DNA of 64,000 nucleotides, taken from Amoebophrya sp. A120. Its lineage: Eukaryota; Protista; Dinoflagellata. The stretch covers positions 2,184,391 to 2,248,390 of the forward strand of contig CAJINV010000004.1 in the NCBI GenBank assembly GCA_905178155.1, read 5' to 3'. A program made the position numbers and the translations under genes. This document shows, piece after piece, positions 1-9,763 of this stretch. The notes beneath the pieces were generated by a model. It saw only the letters and a list, made by a program, of their open reading frames with translations, made no database searches and was not told the DNA's origin. Position 1 is the first letter of the stretch. Each line of letters begins with the position of its first letter.

Positions 1-2
1 CT

Positions 3-1430
3 GGTTGTATTATGTGGGGCAGCGGACGGAGGGTTCGTGTTACAAGTGCCATCCATGTGATCATGCAGTGCAGGCAAAGAGCATATCGATGCTGCCGCAC
101 TTGAATCCCAAGGAGTACCTGCCTCCCCGCCTTTTTCTGGCGTCCGGGCGCCGCGGGATGCCTGTATATTTGTATTATTTTCAACTTTTGCATACGGTGC
201 TCCTGCTCCGCACCCACCGGGCGGGCGATCAGCCGTGTCGTTTGCGGCTGCAGCTAACGTCGCAAGAGCGTCCGACAACACCGCGGTAGCACGGATCGTA
301 GACGGTCCCACCGACGCGGATGCGCGCGGCTGTAGTGGCGATCGTGTGGTGAGGAGCGGAATCTTCTGCAGCGTCACCCCCTGCAGGGCCTGCGCAGGCA
401 TAGCTCCAGCGCCCCGGATCCTCGGCGTAGCCGGGGGCGTAACATCCGGCGGTGCTGTGCATTTGGTTGAAATCGGTGCGTCCACGCCCAACTCATCGTC
501 AAGCAGAACGCTGTCCCCGATGCCCGAACTCCCAGAAAGTACTGAGTCCGCACCGGGGCTCGCCAGCAGGGCGTCCTCCTCATCCTCGTCGTCGGAGGCG
601 CCACGCAAAACCGAATCTGAATCATCATGCAGGTCATCGTCGTGTGCGACATCCGCATGCGAGGATCGGGACGACCCCGTGGGATAAAGCTCTGCAGCGT
701 CCCCCTCCTCGTCGGAATACCCGTCAAGAACAGAATCAGAATCGTCATGCAGCTCGTGGTCGTCGTGTGCATCATCGGAAGCACCGTCGAGCACCGAGTC
801 GGGATTGCTGCAGGCGTCATCTTCGTCATAGAAATCATTTGCAGATGCCCCACGGGCAGATCCTGCTGAAAAATGCGAATGGTCGGATACCTCGTCCAGA
901 ACTGAATCACCATCGAGGACTGATTCCGAATCTTCATGCAAGCTGGCCTCATCAGGGTCAGCGTCAGCAGGTCGAAACAAAAACGGCACTTCATCATCAT
1001 TAGAAGCGCTGGGTGAAGAAACACCCGCGTCAAGCGGGGGAGAACCTGAAACAGAAAGTTCGTCGTGCAAAAAATCCTCCGCGTCGGAGGCAGAAGAAGA
1101 AAGATTGCTAAAATTGTCCCGGCAAGCAGTTGTTTCTGGCCGTGTTTGCTGTAATTGTTTTTTTCGGTCCGAGCTGCCGTTTGTGCCGTAATCGCAAGCG
1201 TCACCCGCACTAGGCGGATCAGGCGGATCAGGAGGTTTAGGTGGAATGTTTGACTGCAACACCACGAAAGCTGCGGCAGTACTGGCCTTTTCACCTGCTC
1301 CCGAGCCCGCACTAAATGCGGTGTCCCGAAAATCCCCAGTACTGACACCGCTCAGCACTGGGCCAACTGAAAATACGACTTCTTGATCGAAAATTTGTTG
1401 ACCCTTTTCGCAGCCCCATCCCACGGGTGG
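3..1430 (-). CDS. Open frame (>=476 codons) running off the left edge; acidic D/S-rich with LHDDSDSVLDG-like repeats and a PPKPPDPPDPP motif; probable second ORF of the mobile element
   Basis: Manual translation: no stop from 1430 to the window edge. It overlaps the end of the 1441-aa ORF by ~79 nt in the -1 frame, and its first ATG is only at 401. Absent from the ORF track because it has no stop in the window. Confidence 0.7.
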
Positions 1431-4400
1431 CTAGTGTCCGCGAGGGGGATTCGCGCCTTCAAGTTGTTGCAGGCATCGACTGTTTTCTGTTCGTCGAATT
1501 TGATGAACTGCGGGTCCAACGGCATGTCCAGGGATTTTGCAGTCTTCATCTCCGCCATGGTCATGAGCACACCCCGCTTGGTGCAATACAGTTTCTTCTT
1601 GTGCTCGTTCTCGATCGCACCGATCTCCTTGTATTGCTCTTCCTGCACAAGCTTCCAAAAATCCGGCGCAAGCTGGGCCTCCTTGTTGAGATCGTCGCGC
1701 ACAGAAGTGCAGAAGATGTTGCTCGCATCCCTCACGTGGGAGAACTTACAATGGCGGTGGAGATACAGGCGCGTTCCGTTAAGGTGCGCCCCGCAGGCCG
1801 GCACGTAGCGCTGGTCGAACTCCTCTGCAATCGGTTTCTTGCGCTCCTTGTCCTCGTAGAGCCTGTACGCTTTCAATCCTCCGCCCTTCGTTGAAGCCCG
1901 GTGCGCCATGAAGAGCCCGTGCGGGTTGTACACCTCCCAGTCGAACATCTGTTCCCATGGAAACGGGATTGAATGGCCCTCAGGGGATTTGTAGGTCCAT
2001 TGCTCCCGCGGAACAGGGACAACGGGTTCCCTGTTCTTACCACCACCCTTACCCTTGCCCTTCCGCTGCCGACTGGCGCTACGGCTGCAAGCACGGGAGT
2101 TTCGCCTGCGGCTCGGCACCTGCTTGCCATCGCCCGCACCATCCGCCTGGAAGTTGTCCGTCGTCCCCTGCGCAAAAGCAGCACTCGGGGCTTCCGTGGG
2201 GTCGGGTTCGTCGTCGGCCACCAATGCAAGCCAGTCATCGATGGTAGGCATACTGTTTCCTGCATCTCCCGCATTTCCTGCAGCGCTGGCGTCATTGAAC
2301 CGTACGCCGCGGTTCGCACCGTTTCCAGTTCCCGCATTCGCGAGTGTGTTTTGTGCAAGCTCGGTGTTATCCAGAAAATCCGCCTCGCACGGTTCCGGCA
2401 CACGCAGTTGATTGAAATCCGTTTCCCCGATGTTCGCCTCCCAGAACCGGTCATCGTCGAGCAATTCCGTGTTCGAGAACAACTCGCTAGGATCGCTTAG
2501 CACCAGCTGTCGCGCACGCGCAACAGGCGGTGGGGCGTTTCTCTGGTCCGCACCATCCTTCAGCACTCCCTTCCCACCCTTGGGAGCATCCATCAGCGCT
2601 TGTTGTGCGCCACCGCCTTTCAGGTGCGGCCGGGGTGCACCACCGCCACCTTTCCCGTGTAACTGCGCCTGCACCGGCAGAGCTGTTCCAAACATTGACC
2701 GGTCACCAGCAGCGAGGGCTGCAGCAAGTCGCTCAGTAGGATCCTGCATTCCGTTGCGCAAGCCCGAGAGATTGTGGTTGCTGCGCAGTTGCTTTATCAC
2801 CGGAGAAGAACGCGGCCTGTGCTGGTGGTCGAACCAAACATGCTCCTGCTGTCCTTTTGATGCAGTAATTTGTGATTGGACCATCGCGAACGCAGCCGCC
2901 TCACGGCGCCGAAAATGAGTGCCATGGTTCTTCAGGATTGCAGCGTTCGTGCGCAGCCGTCCTTTGATCGGGTTGTACGCCGCACCAAATCCGCAAATCA
3001 GCAGCTCCGGCGAACAGCTATTGAAAGCACTCGTAGAAACCTGCTTCGGGTTCATCTTTGCCCGCGCATGCGCGATCGCCTGGAAAAAAATTTCCATGTG
3101 GAACAGGCAGTTCGTGTTCGGATTGAGCCGCGAGCACGGCTTAGTGCAGAGCAGCATCAGGTAGCGGGCGAGTGCTGCACGGAACTCGACACCCTCCCCG
3201 GAATCCCCGTCGCCGCCAATCAGCGACTGGCGCACGCCGTTGAAATTTGTTTCAAGCTGCGTCAACGCGCACGGGAATGCGTTGTGCAAGTAGGAACCCT
3301 GCGTCTCGTTCTGGACCCGGCTCCACTGCATCTGAAACGCAAGGTCCCACGGTGAAAGCTCCATGTTGGTGCTTGGCGTGAACGGTAGGCCCCGCGAATC
3401 CGCGACGGTTTTGCGGTTGAACTCGAGATGCATCTGCTCCTTCTTCCACTGGATCTTAGAGAGCCAGCACAACCCGGCGTACGTGTAGAAGTGCTCGAGG
3501 GACGTGAAATTTACCTTCGAAGTCACACCCTTGACCCAGACGAACAGGTGCCGCTGGTCCTCAAGCCAGCGCTCCTCGCTCCCGAAATTCGGGAATCGGT
3601 GGACGTCCTCCTCGTCTGCAGCCATCTCGTTGCGCTCCATAAAAGTGCGGTGGGTGGCGATCGCAGCAGTACTGGATTGCTGCCTCCGCACGTGCTGCCG
3701 GTAAAATTCCTCAATCCGTGCAAGATCGCCCGTACTTTCACCTGTGTACCCCGAAATCGTCACGGCACTCCCTTCCGGCATGCCGTTTTGCATGCAGACC
3801 CACTTCAGGAGGAATGGGAACTCGTCGTCCGGAGTGTCCTCGTCGAACCGCGAACTCCGGAACTGTTTGATGTACTCCGTAGCCGTGTCGTTGCAGTAAC
3901 CCGCACGGGCTTTCATTCGCGAAAGTTCGTCCCCCTGCATCTGGATGGTGAGGTTGTAGTTGTCGAGCCTGCGCTCGTACAGGGTCTTCATATTATTGAA
4001 GTCATTCTGCAGCCGCTCCATGCGCTGGAGCACAAGCACGTTCCCGCGCCCCCCATCGAGGCCCACCGGTGCATATGCCGTCGTGTCCGCTGGTCCGAAC
4101 GGGTTAAGCGCTTCCCGCATCCCATCCTGATCGAGGAGCCGCGGACCATTTGGTGGAACTGGTACGGTCGCTCCCGCAACGGTCGGGTTCGCATAGGCGG
4201 GTGCTGGGTTCGCAGAAGCGGGACGCACAGTTGGGGCTTGAATTGCTGCCGCGGGTATGGGCTGCACTCCCATCGGTCCTGCCTGCGCGTGGTGCAGCGG
4301 GTAGTACGAGTGATGCGAGGGTACCTGAAAATTTGTTGGAATTGCAGCGCCCACTGCGCTTGTATGCGAGCCGTCCTCTGGCGTGCTGAAAGTCACCGCG

Positions 4401-5677
4401 CGATCTCTCTTCGGCAGGATCTCCGAGGGTACAGCCGGCACAAACATATCATTTGTCTGCACATGGTGCTGGAACGGTGGGACTGCTACCGTGGAAGCGC
4501 GCACCCGCGGCGTTGCGTTGGTACTATCCGGAATGGTGCGATCCTCTAGCTCGTACTCGCTGTAGTTCGAGAAGAAATCCACTTCCTCCTCGTCCGCAAC
4601 GGTGTTCATGCGGCGGTACGTCGAGCCCGCGTCGTACTTCGCCTTGAAGGGAGAGATTGCAACCCGATCGTCTCGGTGGAGGCTGTAGCCATCCGTGCGG
4701 TACGAGTTCTCGTACTCGGCGCACTCCTGCGGTGAGAAAACTGTTTCCGGTGCAGATGAATCCGCAGGGCTTGCTGGGTCAGATCCCGGTACTGGAAGCG
4801 GTTCGTCTGCTGCAATGTCCGCCACCGACACGCCCTGGAACACCTCCGTGCCCAGGGTGGCATCTGAAAAAACATCCTCCGAGGTGATGTCCCCCAGCGG
4901 CATGAAGTGCACGCCCGCAACATAGTTGTGGTTCTGCCGCAAGCGAGCAGCCTTGAGGGTTGAACCCTCGGCGTTTTCTTCAATTGCAGATCGGCTGCCC
5001 GGCGGGTAGTACCGCATGGACTCCTTGGTGACCATGTCCATCGGGATGCCCAGCTTCTTTGCAACAGCCGCCATAATGTTCTCTGCATCGGATGCATGCT
5101 GCCAATGCAAGCAGACACGGAGGGAGAGCAAACGCAAGGAGTGCCTGCACTTGAGCCGCTCGATCGTTGGAGAAGTGCCGACGTTGAAGAGATCAAAAAC
5201 AACCCCCTTCCATGAAAGGGAGTCGCCGTTCGTCTTGTCGGTTAATTCGTACTCCGGTGTGCTGACCGTGCCCAAGTTTTTCAACGGCACGATCAGGTCC
5301 TCCCACAGCACGTAGAAAGAGTACTTGGTGCGGCGGCCGGCCCTGAAGCGGTACTCCGGTTTGACCTTCTTGGTGCTTGGCCTGAAAGTTTTAGACCACA
5401 GCATCCCATCGTTGGATTTGTGGGGCTCAAAAGAGTGCTGTACTCCCAAAGCCATCTGCTGCTTCCGCACGTCGGACAGCTTCCGCGGTTGGACCGCTTT
5501 CGGCGCAGACGGTGGACCGAGTCCCAGACCCCCTTCCGGTGCAGGAACCATCGGCACGTCAGCAGTAGCAGTAGAGGAAGATGAAGGCTCGTCAACCGGC
5601 AGTGCGGGTGCAGTTGGATGCACCTGGTGCTGCGGCTTTTTGCGCCGCTCCGCACCTCCCCCCTTCGCGTCGGTCAT
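1352..5677 (-). CDS. 1441-aa intronless protein, possibly gag-like ORF1 of a retroelement or endogenous virus
   Basis: Long uninterrupted ORF in an otherwise intron-dense genome; coiled-coil segment (LQRMERLQNDFNNMKTLYERRL), basic RSASRQRKGKGKG patch, Cys/His knuckle-like segment (CGAHLNG...HCKFSH) near the C-terminus. Confidence 0.6.
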   Translation of the reverse strand: MTDAKGGGAERRKKPQHQVHPTAPALPVDEPSSSSTATADVPMVPAPEGGLGLGPPSAPKAVQPRKLSDVRKQQMALGVQHSFEPHKSNDGMLWSKTFRPSTKKVKPEYRFRAGRRTKYSFYVLWEDLIVPLKNLGTVSTPEYELTDKTNGDSLSWKGVVFDLFNVGTSPTIERLKCRHSLRLLSLRVCLHWQHASDAENIMAAVAKKLGIPMDMVTKESMRYYPPGSRSAIEENAEGSTLKAARLRQNHNYVAGVHFMPLGDITSEDVFSDATLGTEVFQGVSVADIAADEPLPVPGSDPASPADSSAPETVFSPQECAEYENSYRTDGYSLHRDDRVAISPFKAKYDAGSTYRRMNTVADEEEVDFFSNYSEYELEDRTIPDSTNATPRVRASTVAVPPFQHHVQTNDMFVPAVPSEILPKRDRAVTFSTPEDGSHTSAVGAAIPTNFQVPSHHSYYPLHHAQAGPMGVQPIPAAAIQAPTVRPASANPAPAYANPTVAGATVPVPPNGPRLLDQDGMREALNPFGPADTTAYAPVGLDGGRGNVLVLQRMERLQNDFNNMKTLYERRLDNYNLTIQMQGDELSRMKARAGYCNDTATEYIKQFRSSRFDEDTPDDEFPFLLKWVCMQNGMPEGSAVTISGYTGESTGDLARIEEFYRQHVRRQQSSTAAIATHRTFMERNEMAADEEDVHRFPNFGSEERWLEDQRHLFVWVKGVTSKVNFTSLEHFYTYAGLCWLSKIQWKKEQMHLEFNRKTVADSRGLPFTPSTNMELSPWDLAFQMQWSRVQNETQGSYLHNAFPCALTQLETNFNGVRQSLIGGDGDSGEGVEFRAALARYLMLLCTKPCSRLNPNTNCLFHMEIFFQAIAHARAKMNPKQVSTSAFNSCSPELLICGFGAAYNPIKGRLRTNAAILKNHGTHFRRREAAAFAMVQSQITASKGQQEHVWFDHQHRPRSSPVIKQLRSNHNLSGLRNGMQDPTERLAAALAAGDRSMFGTALPVQAQLHGKGGGGAPRPHLKGGGAQQALMDAPKGGKGVLKDGADQRNAPPPVARARQLVLSDPSELFSNTELLDDDRFWEANIGETDFNQLRVPEPCEADFLDNTELAQNTLANAGTGNGANRGVRFNDASAAGNAGDAGNSMPTIDDWLALVADDEPDPTEAPSAAFAQGTTDNFQADGAGDGKQVPSRRRNSRACSRSASRQRKGKGKGGGKNREPVVPVPREQWTYKSPEGHSIPFPWEQMFDWEVYNPHGLFMAHRASTKGGGLKAYRLYEDKERKKPIAEEFDQRYVPACGAHLNGTRLYLHRHCKFSHVRDASNIFCTSVRDDLNKEAQLAPDFWKLVQEEQYKEIGAIENEHKKKLYCTKRGVLMTMAEMKTAKSLDMPLDPQFIKFDEQKTVDACNNLKARIPLADTSHPWDGAAKRVNKFSIKKSYFQLAQC

Positions 5678-5680
5678 GAC

Positions 5681-6070
5681 CTAGTGCGAGAGGTTCTGAA
5701 AGTTGAACTCGACGGTGACCTGCTCTCCCGCGCAAGCAGCCCCGATGAACACGAAGGCGTGAATCAGAAACGCAACAAGGGTGGTCACTACACAAATGAC
5801 CCCGCAGCACGCAGCTCCGGCACCCGCGACTACGATCGCAAGGCAGAGGACAGTCGTGTAGAGCAGAACACCCAGCAAAGCGGAGACTCCCCTCGAGAAG
5901 AGCACAAGTCCCCTCACGATCTGCGCAGCCGCAGAGTAGATCTGGTGCAGGAAGATGTACACGGCCCGGATGAACTCCGCCGCCTTCTCGCCCGCGTACA
6001 GCACAAAAAGCAGGAAGTCGTGCCCCTGCCTAAAAATCCAGGAAACGATCGCAATGAACTTGCCGACCAT
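5681..6070 (-). CDS. 129-aa very hydrophobic (membrane) ORF directly upstream of and in frame with the 1441-aa ORF
   Basis: ORF track; junction reads TAG-GTC-ATG; long hydrophobic stretches. Confidence 0.45.
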   Translation of the reverse strand: MVGKFIAIVSWIFRQGHDFLLFVLYAGEKAAEFIRAVYIFLHQIYSAAAQIVRGLVLFSRGVSALLGVLLYTTVLCLAIVVAGAGAACCGVICVVTTLVAFLIHAFVFIGAACAGEQVTVEFNFQNLSH

Positions 6071-7011
6071 GCCCCGGCACCGGTGAAAACTCTCGAACGA
6101 CTCCCCGCGAAGGTTGTCGTCCTACCGTGGTCACCACTTCGGAAGAAGAAACAATGCAGATGTTTCTTCGGACGATAGGAGAGACGGGTGGTGAAGAACT
6201 CGCGTGCACGGGGATCCTCGACCGATACACGACGGAAATACGATGGACGCACAACGGAACTCGTTTGTTGCAACTACGCACAAGGCGGTGCTGACGCACG
6301 AGGGCGGAGTACGTCTTAGACGTGAGTGTAGGTTGTTTTTATGTACTTTACGCAACGGACAACGCATAGGTAGCCCGTGCAAACTTTTCCTTTCCTAAAG
6401 CGTTTGGTTTGCAACAAGAAATCACCACGGAACGACGTCGGTGTAAGTACGGAAGGTCCACGCACGCTCTGATCGTACAAAAAGCATAGACGCGTGCCCT
6501 CAGGTCGTGTTTTCAGTGCAATAGCCGCTCGAACAGGAAGAGAAAGCAGCCTGAAGTACAGATAAAAAACGCCATGTACAGTACTGAAGAAAACGCTTCG
6601 AAAAAGGACGAAACCCGGCACAACTATAAAAGCACAGCCGTTCTCGCCGTCGCACGCGCTCAAAGATCTCAAATGTAGTGCTAAAGTGCTCAAATGTACC
6701 CGACGAAAAGATGCGAAAGTTGAACACCTACAGAACTGCTCTGGAAGTCCCTCAAAGCACTAAATTCTTAGTGAAGTCCCGCTTTTTCACGATAGAAATG
6801 CTCTAAAAGCGCAAGAATGGGTAAAAAAGTACTAAAGTGTAGCGGTCAAATATGTGAATGAGTCTAACGTGCACTGCGCAGCAACCAAGGCACTAAAAAT
6901 CCCCTCAAAAAGCACCTACTCAGTGCGGCCTCGTGTTGCAGGATTGTATTTGCCAAGTAAATATCTCGTAGGTGTTCTGCGATATTGCTGAGATCCTACC
7001 TAGGATCTAAT

Positions 7012-7193
7012 ACTGGCCAAAATCGCAAAATCTCACACGCTGGCCAGCGAATCTAGCGCACTGCCCGGCGAAAATCGCAAAATTTCGCACCTTGGCTGGC
7101 CAAAATTGCAAAATCTTGCCCGGTGGCCGGCCAAAATTGCAAAATATTACGCGTCGACCGGCCGAAGTTGCAAAATCTGGCACGTTGGGCCAA
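7012..7193. repeat. Degenerate ~30-bp tandem repeat (GGCCGGCCAAAATCGCAAAATCTCGCGCG-like)
   Basis: Visible periodic repeats. Confidence 0.8.
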
Positions 7194-8568
7194 AATGACT
7201 GGCGAGGGACGAGTCCAGCGGTTCTTTTGCCGCGACGCACGCCTACGCCGTCATCATGTCGCAGTATGCTGTTGCGCCAAATGCGCTCGTAGAAAAAGAA
7301 AAAAGCGGGCAGCTGGGACTCGGAAATCGCGACCTCGCGTTGCTTTTTTCTTGTCCTCGCGGTCTCATCGTCCGTGCCCACAGCAGATGTCGTTCCTCCC
7401 CTGTGTTGCTCAGTGTGCAGTATGCAGGTGGAAAGGGAGGAGCGGGCTTGAGGCCAAGTGGCCCTCGTTGGACGTGTGCAGGTGTGAGTTCCAGGTCTGA
7501 GGTTGAAGCGCTGGCGCGCTCGTTGGCCGTAGGAAGTAGACGTTCTGAAGGAGGCCAAGGTGCCCTCCAGTTTCGCCACCGTTTAGGCGTCGGCGCTGCT
7601 GCTCGGTGGGTCGGTCGGCTTGTGTCCAGGCACTCGCTACCCCGCCGGTAGTGCGCTCCGTGTTCTCTTGTTTGAGCGGGCGCCGCGGTCTCCATGCTTG
7701 CGTGGTAGACCGCGGTGTTCCGGAGCGCTGCTGTTTCAGGCCCGCCTGAGCAGCAGTGCTTCGCCGCGTTTGATCTGTCTAGGCTCAGTCGCCTACAGAC
7801 GCCGGTGGCCAGTGGTCTGCAGTAGAAGTCGGCGGAGTCAGTGCAGTAGGAGTTGGCATCGCGGGTCGAGATTTGCGTCTCGTCGTCGAGCGTCGGTGGG
7901 TGGTGGTCTCGTGCCTCAAGTCGGCACCCTCTCCTCGGAGAGCGTCGTTGGAAAAAGGGGCCCCACCTGCCCTCGGTATCGCCAGGTCGATACCTGCGTC
8001 TGCTGTGCTCGTCGGTGAAGAGCAGCTTCCGCGTTGGCGCTCGGCGATCGCGTTTGGGGCCAGACGGTCTTGTGTTCACCACGGTAAAGGAAAAGTAAGA
8101 AGACGGAAGAGGGAAAAGAATGACTGGCGAGGGACGAGTCCAGCGGTTCTTTTGCCGCGACGCACGCCTACGCCGTCATCATGTCAAAATATGCTGTTGC
8201 GCCAAATGCGCTCGTAGAAAAAGAAAAAAGCGGGTAGCTGGGACTCGGAAATCGCGACCTCGCGTTGCTTTTTTCTTCCCACCCTCCCACGCCTATGCTG
8301 AGTGACGAGGAGGAGCAGGACTTTTGGTCCGAGCTCCAAGGTGAGCTGAAGCAGCAGGCAGATGAAAATCTGTCTTCGTTTGAAAACATGAAAAAAGCGT
8401 TCGGGGCGAAAACGGCGGAAGTAGCGCTGAAAAAGTGCGCGGCAGAAGGCGGCAAAATCCCGATGAAGTTGTTAGCAGAGTCGAAGGAGTTACCACGGGG
8501 TTTGTTTAGCCACGAGCAGCTGCAGGCTCACGGTAAAGGAAAAGTAAGAAGACGGAAGAGGGAAAAGA
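7194..8568. repeat. Two tandem cassettes A-X-B / A'-Y-B' (A ~159 bp at 7194-7352 and 8119-8277; B 40 bp at 8080-8119 and 8529-8568)
   Basis: Near-identical direct repeats read by eye; the interiors X and Y are unrelated. Confidence 0.8.
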
Positions 8569-8950
8569 GTTGTAAAATCTGGCGCATTGGCCGGCCAAAG
8601 TCGCAGAATCATGGGCACTGGCCGGCCAAAATCGGGAAATCACGCGCGGTGGCCGGCCAAAATTGCAAAATCTCGCGATGTGGCGAACCAAAATCGCAAC
8701 ATCCCGCGCGGTGGTCGGCCAAATTTGCAAAATCTCGCGCGGTGGCCGGCCAAAATCGCAAAATCTTGCGCGTTCACCCGTTGACACGTAAGATTTTGCG
8801 ACGGAGACGAGCCAACACGCAAGATTTTGTGATTTTGAGGGGTGAACGCGCGCAATTTTGCGATTTTGGTCAGCCATTGTGCAGGATTTTACTACTTTCG
8901 CCAGAATCTGGTGCGTTGGCAACGCCAAAATCACAAAACATCCCGCGTCA
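8569..8950. repeat. Second array of the same ~30-bp repeat, switching orientation near 8790
   Basis: GCAAAATC units followed by GATTTTGC units. Confidence 0.8.
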
Positions 8951-9763
8951 GCCAGATATAGGGTGCGGGCTGGCCTCTAAATGCCCCATAATCGTATGCC
9001 CTGCCTCGTTTGTTGCCGAAAGTTGCCACGTTATAGCACGTAAAAGAATCGTGATCGCGCCGGCCATTCCTGAACTGCGCGGGGCTCTGCGTTTGCGGAA
9101 TCGCGGCGGGCGGCCGATACGAGCCCCGGAAAGGCCCTGCTGGTTTGAAGCGCCATAAATGCGCACGCTTTTGCCGCCGCCCGTCCGAGCCGCCCTAGTA
9201 CGGGCGGTTTTCGCCACCCTATAACAGGAGCGCCGGGCGCATTCCCCACAATACCATAGGGGGGCCTCGGCAAGGCTCTGCAATCTGCAGAAAGCAATGA
9301 CACAACGCGCCCTGCCTAGGGTCTTGCGACCCTTTCCCCTTTGCCGGAGTCGCTCAACTCCGCCGCCGCGGCCCTTCGCACATTATAGAAAAATGCAAAG
9401 CGGTGGCCCCCGCGGGCCTGTTTGACCACGCCCCGGAGTTCGGTGATACTTGCGGGCGGCCCGGCCGCGCGCATTCCAAACCCCGATCCGGGTTGGCGTG
9501 CGCCGATGGCCGCCGCGAGGCGCCGCCCTGGATTCCCGGCTTTGCGTGTGACGTTTTTGCGCTCCCCCCGCCCCTAGACGGCGCGAGCCTTTGTCGCCCT
9601 GCTTGTGCGGTGTGTTGCCGTGTGTTCCGCGCCATCCCGCTCGCGCGAAGCTCGAACGCCCCGGAGGTGCCAGCGGCAAGCCCGCCTCATTGCTGCGCAG
9701 CGTGGCTTTGGCGCTCGCCATGCGCCACCCCGCTGACTAAGCAGCCACCCCCCTGTTTTAAGC

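Larger units (their letters stand above)
1..6990 (-). mobile_element. Probable retroelement or viral insertion (5' part; catalytic domains not visible in window)
   Basis: Three abutting or overlapping intronless ORFs on the strand opposite to all host genes, no introners, ~900 bp non-coding leader. The right boundary is approximate. Confidence 0.5.

Noticed and set aside
374-1348. 324-aa minus-strand ORF in the track, in frame after the ORF1 TGA
   Set aside because: Its composition looks like a shadow of the longer, repeat-containing -1-frame ORF (3-1430); TGA readthrough cannot be strictly excluded.
8265-9158. 297-aa ORF
   Set aside because: It mostly reads through satellite; only the first ~85 codons look coding.
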